Source: an uncultured Clostridia bacterium
Lineage (GTDB): Bacteria; Bacillota; Clostridia; Christensenellales; UBA1242
Direction of reading: 5' to 3'
DNA: 64,000 bases
NCBI GenBank assembly: GCA_944383405.1
Contig: CALWPL010000005.1
Coordinates: forward strand, 7,482-71,481
Positions 19,901 to 34,900 of this stretch are shown piece by piece. Made by a program: the position numbers and the translations under genes. Under the pieces are notes generated by a model, which was not told where the DNA came from, ran no database searches, and worked only from the letters and a program-made list of their open reading frames with translations. Numbering within the stretch: the first letter of the stretch is position 1; every line of letters starts with the position of its first letter.

Positions 19901-22900
19901 TTGAAGCGCACAAATATTATAAATTTAATGGTTGGGATAGAAATGGGGAAACTTATACAACTTCTTATAGAGTAGATGAAGAAAGCCAAATTTCACAACT
20001 TGTATTTGATGCTACTTGGGGATATAAAGATGTTAGGGTTGAACTTTATTTTGACGATGTGGTAACTGGTGCATATGCCAGTGGAATGGCTGTTAACAAT
20101 CAATTTGTTATAACTAAGGCAAATGGAAGATATCCGCAGCAAATTGGTAGAGAAATAGACTACATTTTTGATTATGATAGTGCAAGGTATATTAATGCTG
20201 AAACTGAAAATAATGAGATTATACTTGATATTCCAAATCCAAATGACAACATGATTGAAGTAGAAGGGCAAGATTACTATATTTATAGGTTATATACTAA
20301 GTGGAAGTTAAATGTTACCTTTATTTCTACCGAAGGCACAACGCCAGCAAGTGCGTCATGGCATTTAGGTTCAACTTATACGGGAGATAATTCTCTTGAT
20401 GTTCCACTTGAAGATATTAGTAGCGAATATTCTCTTGTCATGCCAAATGGAGAAGATGACTTAGGTTTTTATGTTGACAGAAGAACATTTAGCCACTGGA
20501 ATAATGAAGTTTTGGGAGATTCACAAGTTGGGGATACTGTAGTCTTAACTGACGACATAACCTTTAATGCTGTTTGGGAAGGAACAAAATACTCAATAAG
20601 AGTAATTGACGAAGAAAATGTAAATTCGACAAAAGTAGTTGAAAATATTGAATATGGAGAAACTTATTCTATTGCGGAATTAATAGGTTTAGACCAAGAG
20701 ACCTTTAGGTCAAAGTATGAAGACACAGTGGCAAATTATTATAAGCAAATAGCAAATATTTACTATTATTACAGAATTGGAGAACAAATTTATCAAAGAG
20801 AATTTGAACTTGATGATTCGCTTGTTTTTGCAACGGTTGAAGGGGGAGAAATAGGTGGATTTATAGCAGAAGACGATATTACCGATGATGACACAACTCA
20901 TAAGACTCCTGATGAGATTATTTTAAATATAAGATGGGAAGAAGTTGTTTATGATGTTAGAATTAATTTAAATGGTGGAAATTGGGATGCACTAAGTGGG
21001 GAAAATTATTTTGATTATGGGGCTGAACTTTATAGAGACGAAAATAATGAATATTATTTTGTATATAAGGTAAGATATAGTGTTATAAGAGATGGTGGAA
21101 ATGGTTTAAATATTGCGTATCTTGGTTTAAATAGAAGTGGATATAGACTTGATGGTTTTAGTGTAAATGAAGATGAAAATATTTCTATTGTTGATGGTAG
21201 GGGATATGTATATACATTTAGTGGAACTGCGGGGGAATATGATGAGTTATATGGGCAAGAAACAATTTCCCAAATTGATGCAAGTTGGCAGGAAATATTA
21301 ACCATTGGGTTTAATACTAATGGTGGTACTTCAACAGAAGAAATTAGTAATTTAATTGTTGATGTTGTATATGACGAAGTAGTAGGTGTAGATATAGCAA
21401 AATTTAATATTCCTGAAATAGACCTTAGAAGAGAAAATTGCACGCTCGTAGGTTTTTATTACACAAATAATAGCGATGAATTAAAAGCAAAAAGTACTTA
21501 TACATTTAGTGATAGGTACATATTAAATAATGACTTCTTATTTTCAGTGGGAGAAGAAGTTATAATAACAAGAGAAATTATTGATACTTATGGCAGTACA
21601 ACAAATAGTTCGCTTACTATGTATGCAATATGGAAGACAAATATAGTATTTAATAATACACTTGTCAATGAAGAGGTTGCTGGCTATTATACTCCAAATA
21701 GCCCTGAAATGATAGAAAGTTCGGAAAATACCTTTACAATAGAGTTTTATTGTGGAATAGAACTTAGTTTAACTGAACTTAATGGTTATTATTTTGATTT
21801 AAAGAATACTGATGTTTATAGCCCTAATGGGTGGAGATATGGTTCGCAAGATATTAATCAACTTGTTGTTGACGGGGGAATACAACTAGATTCAATTTGG
21901 CTTGAAAATTCAGTTAGAATTTATATGAAAAATTATAATGGTAGTGATTTTGGAAGTAATCCTATTTATTTTGAATCAAGCAATGGAGAGCAAGTTGATT
22001 TAAATAGTGAATATAAGACTTTAATGCAAAGCAGTATAATGCCAAGTCTTTATGGATATAACTTTATTGGTTGGTCAACAAGTGTTGACGGGAATTTAAT
22101 ATCAATAAATGATGAAAGCGTAATTGTTTATGATTCTGAAAATTTATATACAGTACCAAATGTTGTAAGCACGGTTTATGCAGTATACGAAAGGTGTGAA
22201 GTTAGGGTGGTATATGATAAGAATTCTAGCGATGCAGTGGGAGAAGAGGTTACTGTTTCGGGGCTTGAATTTGGCAATACTTATTTGCTTAGAACAGACA
22301 TTGATTACACCTTAACATATTTTAACTTAGATGGATTTGCAACAACAAGTGATGCTGTTGTTCCAATTAGTGATAGCAATATTATCTTTGATAATTCATT
22401 AACTTATGAAACGAGAAATGAAGAAGGTGTAATTGTTTATACTTTAAGGTTATATGCGGTTTGGTCAAGACAAACTAAGGAAGTAAGAATTAATCTTCAA
22501 GGGGGTTCATTCTACAATAGTGGTGTGGAAGAAAACTTAGAAGCGTTTTTTGACCCAACAAAAGATAATAGAATACAAAGTTATGTTCTAAATAGTACAA
22601 ACATTGTGCTAAGAGTTTTTATTGGGCTTGGAGATGAATTTGGCTTTAATTTGCCAAGTGAAGAATATTTAGCAAGAGAAGGATTTGTCTTTGATTATTA
22701 TACGCTTGGCGAAGGAACGCTTGAGTATGAAGGTGGGCAATTTATTAGATGTGATAATACCCAGCCTTATGTTTTTGATATACATTGGCTTGAAATTATA
22801 ACAATACAAATTTACTCGAACATGAGTGAAGATGATGAAAATTACATAAGTTTTGATGTCGTTTACGAAGATTTAATAACTTTTGACCCTGCAAATAAGA

Positions 22901-25900
22901 CAATATATAATTATTCTGCTGAAAATGAAGAAGATGCGGAAATAGTCCTTGATTTTTCTAGAAATCATTATTATATTGAAGCGTTTACTTCTAATGAATC
23001 CGGTGGTGCAGAGTATGTTTATGGTACAAATTACAATGTAAATGATGGTGCATTTATAATACTTGATAGTGCTATAAAAATATATTGTCAATGGAAAGGT
23101 GTTGACATATCCTTAACCTTTGATGCAAATGATAATGCACAAGACCCTGAAAATTCCACAATAACGCAGATAGAAAATGCTTTTTCTTATGGCGAAACTA
23201 TAAAACTTTCTGATTTCTTCTCAGTATCAGAAAGAGTTGATGGAGATATAGGCTATGAGTTTAGTCATTTAGTTGACGAGTTTGGAAATGAGTATCAACT
23301 TGATGCAAATGCAGACTTTAATCCAGAGACATCTAATTTAGAGTTTAGAACAAATTATACTTTTAATGCTGTATGGGCGCCAAGAGAATATAGTGTAATT
23401 TATAATTTTGGTAGTGGATATTACATTACAGAAGAAGGTTCAAGAGAAAAAACTGTTACTCTTATATATAAATATGGGGATAAAGTTGATTTGCTTGAAG
23501 TAACAAATGAGAATTCTATCCACGAAGAAGATAGTTACGAAGGAAGGACTTATCCTTTATACGAATTTGATAGTTTTACAAGCGAAGATGTTGAAGTCTT
23601 AGATGGAACATTTACGATGCCAAATTTCAACATTGAATTTATGGCAAGTTGGGTTAGCAAAGACATTAGCATTATTATTGACTCAACAGGTGGAATTATT
23701 GGAGATGTTGTAGGGGAGCCTTCATATTCAGGCGAGATTGGAGATAACCCAAATGGTTATAATTTAAGTTTTGAAGGGGTTAATAATACAAATCTTGTTG
23801 TGTCTAATTTGAAAGTCGGTGATGTAGTAGAACTTGAAACTTTACCTTCACCTTATAATTTAGGATTTTCTTATAGTTATAATTATTTAGTTAATTACAC
23901 AGGAGAGGGAGAATTTGATGCAACAGTCAATGGGTTCCAAACTTTTGGTGCTAGTGATGAATTTGAACTCAATACTGATAGAATAAATTCATCAACTCTT
24001 AATTTAAACGAATTATGGAACGAAGAAAGGCAAGCATTTGTTTTATATTTTACAGTCGTTTGGTCCACAAACTCATACATAGTTAGTTATTCAATGACAA
24101 AGCCTTTAATTGAAAATGGGTATAGTGTTAATGCAAGTAGTAATATTACAAATGTTGATTCTATTTCGCAGGCAATGGTTTATGGAGAGGAAAGTACACT
24201 TGCTGGACCTATGACATTAAACGGATGGACTCAAACTGGTTGGAGTCTTGAAGTTAATTTGAATAATCAGACAGATGAAAATACTTTCTTATTCAGTGAT
24301 GGGGTAGCAGAAACACCTCAAATATATAATTTTATAACAGAAGACTCTATTGTAACCCTATATCCTATTTGGGAGCAAAATGAGTATGATATTATAATTA
24401 GTGATAATTTGAATACGGACAATATAATAGGACCTAGTGGTGCGAGTTCTTCAATAACTGTTAAGTTTACATACGATGAGAGTAGTACAATTCAAGAATT
24501 GCTTGATAGAAATCAAATAACAATAAATAGTTATACTTTTAAAGATGTTTATTTAAGGTATGCTGGATTTAAGTATGAAGGTCAGACGCTTGGTGTAATG
24601 GAGTTCAATACAGACGACGAACTTGTTTTCTGTCTTGCACCACAAGGATTTATAGATGGAGAAGATTTTAGTGCAAACTCAATAGAACTACAAATAGTAT
24701 GGGAAGAAGTGGCTTTTGGAATTCATTTTAATCTTCTTGGTGGAAAGTCAGAATATAATAGTTCAGGATTACTTAGTAATTTTGATAATGAAACAGGATA
24801 TTATACTCTTGAAGGAGAAGTGTTATATTCTGATTTAAAACAAGGATTTTATATTGACGAGTACTTTGATGCACAGGAAGACGCTATAAGTTTTGACGAT
24901 GAAGACATATCATATACGCTTGCTGGTTGGTCGTTAAATAATTATGATATGTATTGTCTTAAAGGAGAATTATTTAGTCTTGACCTTGGCACTAATGAAC
25001 AAATAGAGAGTATTTTAGCACCAAATGAAGACGGAGAATTTGATTATATTTTTGAGTTTTATGCAATTTATAATGATAGGCTTGTAATAATTGATGCAAA
25101 TGGTGGAAGTGTTAACTTAAATATCGGGAGTGAGATTACAGCAAGCGATGGGCAGGTTTGGATAGCAGATGAATATGAAATTTATACATATTCATATTCA
25201 GATGCAGAAATTGTTATATCAACAAATCTTTATGACCCATTTGTTCTCTCAAATTATCACATAGACTTAGACATTGAAGATGAAACTCATACGGTTAATA
25301 GGACAAGTGATGAAAGCAATATTTTATATGCTCCATGGGTTGGGAATAGAAGGTATGTTGTTGTTGATAGTAGAATGAATAATACGCTTCAAGTTGGCAG
25401 TGGCTTTAAGTCTACAATTATAACAGACAACAATGTTTATTATGGCTATGTTGAAATTTCAAGTGAAGAAGCCTCAACACAAAGTGATGTTTATGTTTAT
25501 TCATACAATAGTTCTACTGATGTAGGCGAATTTATTCCTTATGATGCTGGGGGGACATATAGCGAAGATACGCATTTTTACCAAAAGGTCAATAATAGAG
25601 CATTACTCATTGAAACGAGATTTGGAGAAGAAATAGATGATTTATCTTTAATAACTATTGATGGAATAACAAGTAATTTTAGTGGCTGGGGAGATGATTT
25701 TGGTGTTTATTCAGATGAAGGAACTCTCCTTTTAGTTCAAGGGCAAAATGATGAGATAATTTATCTTTATGCTCATATAGATGAAGTTATTGTTACTTAT
25801 AATTTAAATGGTGGGTTGTATAATAATTTAGACAATATTGAAATAACAGATGGCAATGATGCAGATGGGGATGATATCCTAGACCCTTACGGGATAGCAA

Positions 25901-28900
25901 GACCAAAAAATGATGATGGTAGGTATTATGTATATTTACCTGGAAAGAGAGTCAATGGTTATGATAGGGGACCTTTAAAATGGGGTTATACTTTCCTTGG
26001 CTGGTCTAATACATATATAGATTATAATGCTTATATTGAAGCGGTTGAGAAGGGGGAGACGACTGCTGAGAGTTTGATTGTCCCATCAGACGAAAACAAT
26101 GTTAGAAATATTTACTATTTACAAGGTGTTCAAAACGAAACGCTATATGCTATTTGGGAGCCTATTACAACAACATTTACTTTTATCAGTAAATCATCTG
26201 CAAACGACCCTGATGCAGAGAGTGGTCCAAATTCAATAAATGTAGTTGTTACGGCTCAATATGGGGACACAATTTTATTCCCAGTCAAAGGAGATGGGAG
26301 TGAAAATGGGACTATTATAGACAACTGGACTAATAGTGATCAAAATATGGTATTTACTGGATGGAGAATAGATTTTCCTAATGGAGAAAGTCAAAGTCGT
26401 ACTTTATCACAAGGTCAAGAATATGTTTTGACACAGGAGAGAGATTTTAGTCCTTATGGAAGTGCACCAACAGAAATAACTGTTTATTCAATATGGAAGA
26501 GAGCAAATGTTACGGTCAAACTATATGTTGGACAGGGTTCTACAAGAGATTATGCATATTTTGGGCCAGAAAGTCAGGAAGGATTTGAAACAGATAACTA
26601 TGGTGTATACATGAAAACAATTTCTACTCTTGGTGGAACTTATGTTATACCAGAGTTAGACGATTTCTATTTAAAAAATATGTATGCAAGTGGAGTTTAT
26701 TTTGATAATACTTATGGGTATCCTGTTGTTGCAGATTATATAGTTATTAGGCAAGATGATGTTGTAGATGGAGTTTTATCCTTATATATTAAATGGGATA
26801 ATGCTCAAAGTTTTATTAGGAATTTCTATGGTAATTATAATAAATACTTTGGTTCACTTGAAACTGCTCTCCTTGCGGCAGCAAGAATTAGTACAAGTGA
26901 AGATTTAGATAGATACGAACAAAGAATAAAAGATAAGGGCTCTGTTGAAGTAGTTATTATTAATACAGCAAATAGATTTAATTTGTCGCAAGAAGTTGTT
27001 ATTGGAGAGAACTTTAATTTTGCAGTAAGTCTTGATGAAGAAAGTGTAAGTGTGTCAAAGACAATTCAAAGGTCTTCTAGTTATCAAGGCGTTATATTTA
27101 GCGTGGGACTTGGGTCATCACTATCTTTCAACGCTCTGAATTCATATAAATTATATCTTGATGGCGGAAATATAAGTGCTCAAAGTTTTATTAAGGCTAA
27201 TGGGGCGACAATTAATATCAACTCAGGCGTTGATATTTCAAATATGTTTAATAATGGCAGTTTAATTGAAGAAAATAAAACTGCTGGAGCAATTTGGGTC
27301 CAAAATGGTAGAGTAAATGTTACTGGTAGCATAATTTCAGATAATAGGATTGTTACTAATGGGACACATAATGTTTATGGGGCTTTCTTATATGCAAATA
27401 ATTCAAATGTATATATTAACGCTTGTCAATTTGAAAATAATACTATTCAAGGGGCAGGAAGCCTTTTTGGCGGTGCAGTTGCAGTTGAAAATGGTGGAGA
27501 AATTGTAATAACAAATACTAATTTCTTAAATAATAAAGCACAAAGCACAGGTGTAAATGGAACAACTGGTGGTTATGGTGGTGCTGTTTATGTTGGTGGC
27601 GGGCAAAACTTAACATTAAACTCTACTTTTGATTATACTTTCTCTACTAACTGGGCTGATTTTGGTGGAGCAATAGCAGTAGTTGGTAGTCAAAGTAAGC
27701 AAAGTCAAGTTTCACTTGTTTATCCTTATGCGAACTATAATTATGCAATTAAAGGAGGTGCTTTCTATTTTGAATATGCAGATATAATAGTAGAAACAAT
27801 TTCTTTACTTGGGAATGGTAGTACTGCTCCAACTGAAAGTATAACTTCATCAAATCAAGAGATATCAGAATATGGTGGGGGTATATATGCTGGTCAAAAG
27901 ACAAATTTAGTCCTTACAATAGAACTAGATGATATAACTGAAGATAATGAAATTTCTGACTCATTTGGTTTTTCAGATATTATGAACAATCGTGGAAGAT
28001 TAGGGGGCGTAATATACACAGAAGGATTATCATTAATAGTCCACGCATATTCGTTTACTGGAAATGGAACTAATATTGCAGATATAGAAGAAATGGGTGG
28101 TGTAATTTATGCAAAAGGTTTTGCAGACAGTGAAGGCAATATAAATGATATTAATAAAGTTGAAATTTATGTAAGTGATTTCTCTCTCAATAATGCAGAC
28201 TATGGTGGGGTAATGTATGTTGGAGATGGTGCAAGTATTAAACTTACGACATTAGAATCATTAATTGAAGAAATAGAAAAGAAAATTGCTGAAGGAGAAA
28301 CTATTTCGACTGATGTTTATGATTCAGTAAGTGGTAATATGGAGTACAATAGTGCCTTAAAAGGTGGTGCTATCTATTTTGACTCTACAACTACAGATTC
28401 ATTAATAGAATATACGGCGATTGACTTTAATATGAAAAACACGGATGGAGAATCAAGTGATTATGGTGGCGGAATTTATATTGCAAATGGGCAAGTTACT
28501 CTTGGAGAAAGAGGTATTATTTATAAAAACAGCGCTATCTATGGGGCTGGTGCTTATGTAGGAGCAGAAGAAGTAAGCGGTTTAGAAGAAGGACAGGAAA
28601 ATCCTGTTGCAAAATTAATTGTCGATGGTGGTGCTTTTGTTTATGAACTTATTCAATATCCTTCTTCTCTTGTTACAGAATATAATAATTATGTCGCTAA
28701 GATAGAAGAACTTGAAAAACAGTTAGAAGAAGACCCAGATAATGCAGAATTGCAGAAAGAACTTGAAGATGCAATTGCACATAGAGAAGATGTTATGCAG
28801 CAAATTTTAGACTTTGAAATTGTCTCTCAAGATGGAAATTATGGCTATAATGGTGGGGCAGTTTATGTTGGGAAATACGGCTATGTTGATTTTGCATCAG

Positions 28901-31900
28901 GGAGAATTGCAGGGACGCAAATGTTTGGAGAGCAACTTGGAGAGTTTGTTTATAATGAAGGTACAGTTAGATATGGATATGTAAACTCTGAGCAAAATGT
29001 TGTAAATGGAGTAGGTTATCAAATTTATAACACAGGTAGTTTTGATATTTATGGTACTGGAGAAATGGTTTCAAGACCAAGAGTTTATATTGATAAAACA
29101 GAAGATGGCGAAGCCTATGATTATTTGCTTGTGTCTAATTTAAATTATAACATTTCTAATACAATTGAAATTGTTCTTCCAACTGATTCATATATTCATG
29201 ATATTCCTATTGTTAAATTTGCTAGTCAAGAAGCGTATGATAATTATTTAACACTAATGGAAACAAGGGAAGCTCCTTTATTCGAGCTTAGTGATTCGAC
29301 AATTACACTAGATACTGATGATGACCAATTAGCACTTGTATTACATTTTAAGAGTTATGAAATTCGATTTAGAGATATATCTAATGATAATATTACTGTT
29401 CCAAATCCACTTACCTTTACATATAAAGAGATTAATAAAGATACTATAATAGATGAAATAAATGCTTATACGGTTATCCGAGATGGTTATAGGTTTGCTG
29501 GTTGGGCATTTTATGTAGAAACAACGCCAGAAGGACCTTCAACAAGTAGGAATTCAATTGCTATTGAATATAAAGGTACAGATAATTTTGAAATTAGTAC
29601 GGTAATTAACCAAGAGGTAGCGGGGCAAACATTCTATTCTATTGATAAATTACCGGAGTTAATTCCAGAAGTTTTACCAGCACATAATGTTTATTTATAT
29701 GCGGTGTGGGAACCAAAGCCATACACTATTAAATATAAATATGACACAAACTATGGTGGGTATACAAATGTTGAAGAGTATACTATTAATGGACATCCAG
29801 TAACTGATGAAAACTTACTAGGTCTTTCGCAACTTGCTTATTATACAAATTCAGTAATATTAAGAAATGTTGCAGACATAAATAAAGTAGAGTTGGTTGC
29901 ATATGAGCCATTAACGACAGTTGTAAGAGATTCCAGTGGAGTGCCAACAAGTGTTACAACAGAAAGGTTGAATACTACTTATACAAATATTGCTTATGAA
30001 GAAGGTACTGGTAGATATTACTACACTGCAAATGACACTTATAAGTACTATATAGAAAGTGATACATCATCATTTAGAGTTTTGAATGTTGATGAAAATG
30101 GGTTTATTTATGAAAGCAATGAGCCTAGTGAACAAATTTATCCAAAACAAGTTATTGTGGGTGGAGTAACTTATGATGTTGAGAATAATAATGGGCAAAG
30201 GATTGTACTGATAAATGGTACAACTTATAGTTTAAGGTCGGCATACAGACCAGATAATTATGAAGTTAGTCATATTGAGATTAATGGTAGTAATTATTAT
30301 GACTTGGGGGATGCTTTCCAAATTTTAAATAGTAATCCTTTTGCTATTTGCTTTGAAGAACCTTATGAAATTTATTTTACAATATATTTCAAGAGAATGA
30401 GTGTTGATATTAACTTTGTAGTGGACTCAGAAGATGAGACAGGTGAAAATAACTTTACTATTGAAAGGTATGTCGGAGCAGAGATTACGCTTCCTACTGG
30501 TAGTATTGTAAGATATGACGATATTGAGCACTTGATTTACAAGGAAGGCTCTGTGTTAAAGGGTTTTGTAGATGAAACTGGAAAAGAGTATTCTCTTGGA
30601 GAAAGGTATATAGTTTCAGAAACAACAACAGGAGCACATACTTTAACTGCCGTTTGGGAAAGTGCTGTGTGCTATGTTGAAGGTGTTGTAAGAACTGATA
30701 CTGGGGTTGTAAATAAATATTATTCATCTCTTGAAGATGCAATAAATGATATTAATCTTGATAATTTTGATGTAGGTAAGAGTGAATATAGTTTATGGAT
30801 TATTGATACTAATGGCACACCTAATACTGAAGAAATTATTATAACACTTAATGAAACTCTTGTAATTAATTCAAATATTACTATTTCAACTCAGGGGGAT
30901 AGTGCTGTAAGATTTGTTTATTCAGAAGAATTTAACTCGTCAAACCCTATGATTAGAGTTGAAAGTAAAATTTTGACTATTGGTTCAAATAATGGGCCAC
31001 AAATAATTTTCGATGGTACAAGAAATGCTAGTTTATCAAGTATTTTCATTGTTGATGTAAGTGGGCAAATTAATATTGGGAATAGAGCAGTTATAACACA
31101 GGGGAAAATTAGTACAACTTCTTCTGCATCAACACTTGGTGGAGCAATGACAATTTATGGAATAGTTAATATCAATGGTTGCTCAGAAGATACTATTATG
31201 TTTACTAACAATCAATCAGTTAATGGAGGGGCAATTTATATTGCAAATGGTGGATTACTTACAGTTAAGGCACAAAAAGAATCGGGTTCACTATTTGCAA
31301 AGAATAATGCCATTTTAGGTGGAGCAATTTATGTTGCAAAAGGCGGAAATTTAGATATTGTTTCAAATGCACAATCTTCACTTATAATTTCTGATAATAG
31401 TGCAAAAGATGGAGGTGCTATTTATCTTGAACTTGGAGTAGGCAGTGTAATTTTAGAGAATGTTACATTTAGTGGTAATATTGCAACAAATGGTGGTGCG
31501 ATTTATGCTGTTGGCGATTTTATGATAAAGAGTGGGTTAACCTTCATATCAAATAGTGCAGAGACTTCTGGTGGAGCAATTTACACTGACGCTAACCTAT
31601 CAGTAAGTGGTGGTACTTTTAGTAGTAATAGTGCAAATATGGGTGGTGCTATTTATAGCGGAAGTTATATTTATGTATCAGGAGGGACTTTTGATGCGAA
31701 TGATGTTAGTGCTGGTTATGGCGGTGCTATTTATGCAGTAGGAGAACTTAGTATTGACGGAGAAGTTGTAATTAGCAATAACAAAGGTAACTTTGGTGGT
31801 GCAATTTGTGTTGATAGTTGCGTTGCAGTTATCAGTGGAAGTGTAATAATATCAAATAACATTGCATTAAGGGGTGGTGCAATTTATGTTAGAAATGAAT

Positions 31901-34900
31901 CAAGTTTATCTATTACGGATAATGCAGAGATTTCAAATAATACAGCAAATAGCCAAGGCTCAAGTGCGGAAAGTGGGACTACTATAATTACTGGCGGCGG
32001 AGCAGTATACCTTGATAGTAGTAGGCTATACTTAAATGGTTATCTCACAAACAACACTTCTGTTAATGGTGGAGCAATTTATGCAGCGGGGGCGTCAAGT
32101 ATTATTCTTGATGGAGTATCTGAAATTACAAACAATACTGCAAGAGAAAATGGTGGTGCTATTTTCATAACTGGTTCAAGCAGTCTACAAATACAAGCAG
32201 AAGATGTTTTAATTTCAGAAAATAGTGCTGGTGTTTTTGGTGGTGGGATTTATTATTCATCAAGCGTAAATAGTGTGCTTGAATATGGTTTAGTAGCAGA
32301 CAATTCTATTAATTCAAATTCTAATATGACATCATATAATGGAACAGAAATTTATCTTGCAAATTCTGCAACTGACACTTCAACAAATTCACTATCTATT
32401 ACTCTTAGTGGGGTAATAATAGGGAATTATGATTCTAGTTTAGTTGAAAACACTTATGCTGTATATGTCGGAACAAGAAGTATATTATATGTTACTGATA
32501 CTTCCGAAATCAACGGGGAAGTTTACACAAAGGGCTTAGATAAAAATAGGGCAAGCATGGGTATAGTTTTATCAGGCAGTGCGTTTGTTAGAGATATTTT
32601 CTTAAATCAATATGCCTATGCAGTAGTTGAAGGAACATTAACATCAACTAGACTCACAACAAACGGAAAAAAGATTAATTTACATTTTAGTTATTATAAT
32701 GAAGATGACCCTAATAAGACGCCTAATGACACCAAAATGGTAAGATTTAACAATATTGATAGTTTAAATCTAAATAAAGATTACTTTAATTTGGTAAAAG
32801 ATATTGCAGAGTTAACAGATTATTGTTTACAAATTACAACAGAGTCTAGTTTTGCATGGCTTGTAATAATGGAGATTGCACAAGTAATCTACATTAATCC
32901 AAATGGTGGAACTATTGAATTTGAAGGGGTAACTGTAAGTGGGGATACTTCTCTTGAAATTGTCAACCTTCCACAGCGTGGTTCACTTGCATTCCTAGAC
33001 GAAATTGTGGGGCATAAGATAGGGTATGCAATGCTAGATACATTTGTTGATAGGGATAGTAATGTTATTTACACTTCAGATAGTGAATTACCGATTTATG
33101 TTTTGACTCTGCTTGTACAATGGACTTCAAAAGACTATGATGTTAAATTTATAAGAAATGGAGACAATGGTACAACGACAGAACAGACATCACTAAAATA
33201 TGAAGCATATACAAGGCTTGGTACTGCAAGTTTAACATATAACACATTCGCAGGGTGGGAATTAGCGTATATGGAAAACGATGAACTTGTCTATACGGGA
33301 ATTATATTTAATGCGAATACTAATTTTAGTTTAATGTCTATTAACGATGAAAATTTAGTGTCTAGTGTAACGGGTGAGACGGGAAGTCAAATATTTGAAA
33401 AAATAGATGGTGGAGATAATACTGTTTATTTAGTAAGTAGTTTTACACCTATTGAAGTGGAAATTCTAGTGCATGGAAATGGTGGGGTTGCCATTGATTC
33501 AACAGTTGATTCAAGATATGAAAAGATACAGATTGATGAAGATACCTGGATGTATACTTGTGCACAAAGTGAACTATATGTTGATTATAACGATTTTGTT
33601 GAAGATTTTGAATATCAAGACCATGCAGTTGATGGACTTTTTACAGGGACAGATGGTGTTTATGATGAAGGCTTTGATGTAATGTATGATGAGATTAATT
33701 CGTCTATTAATATATCAAATGTAACTCGCCTTGAATTATATTGTCATTGGAAAAATGTTGTTGCTTATATTAGAAAAGACGCAACAAACGAAGATAATGA
33801 AAGAAGGATTTATTTTGATGACCTTGTTGAAGCAGTAAATGCTCTTGTAACAGGAGATGACCTTGTTATTGTTGCAAGTAATATTTATCTTACAAATACA
33901 CTTAATTTTGATGTTGATGTAGATGTTTATGTTAGAGGAAATGTAACAATTCATAGACAAAATGGCTTCTATGATTTTCTAATTACTATTTCATCTGATG
34001 TAAATATCTTACCTGAAAATGATGAGAGCAGTTTAACTATTGATGGTAATGGCAGTGCAGGTGTTGCAACTAATGGCTCAATAAGAGTTGCTTCAAGTGG
34101 AAATTTGGTTCTTGAATCAGGGATAACAATTCAAAATGCTTTCTCTAAGGAAAATGGTGCTGGTATTTTTGCAGATGGTAGTTTAGTAATTAATGGTGCT
34201 GTTATTCAAAACAATAGAACCATGTCAAATGGGGGTGGTATTTATGCTACAGGTGGTTTACAAATAAATGAAGGCACTATAATTTCTAATAATACAGCAG
34301 ATGGCTTTGGTGGCGGTATTTATATTGGAAGTGGGTTATTTAATATTGTAAAAAGCACAATAAGCGAAAATAATGCTAAATATGGTGGTGGTGTTTATTA
34401 TGCAAGCAATCTCGCAGGTGAAATAAGTGGTGGACAAATTATTAACAACTCAACTTCAAATGGAGAGCAGTATTTTGGTGGTGGAATTTACATTGCTTTA
34501 AATAGTGGGGCATTAGTACTTTCAGAAGGAGTTGCTATTACTGGAAATACATCAGGATATGGTGGCGGTGTGTTTATAGTTGGTAATAACGATGGGAACT
34601 CAGATTATAACTTGTTAATTGAAAATGCTGTAATTAGTGGGAACACTGCTGTTTATGGTGGTGGTATAGGAATTGGGGATACGGCGTATAATTACAACAA
34701 ACATGTTATTAGAATGCTTGATGGTATGATTACAAATAACACTGCAACTTATGGTGGTGGGGTAAGCATATTTAGAGGAACATTTGAACTTAGAGGTGGT
34801 TCAATTTCATCGAATATTGCGACAAGTGGTAGTAATATGTTTATATCTTCTGTAAGTTCAAATTTTTATGGAGTGGCAAGTATTATAGGTGGAGTAATTG

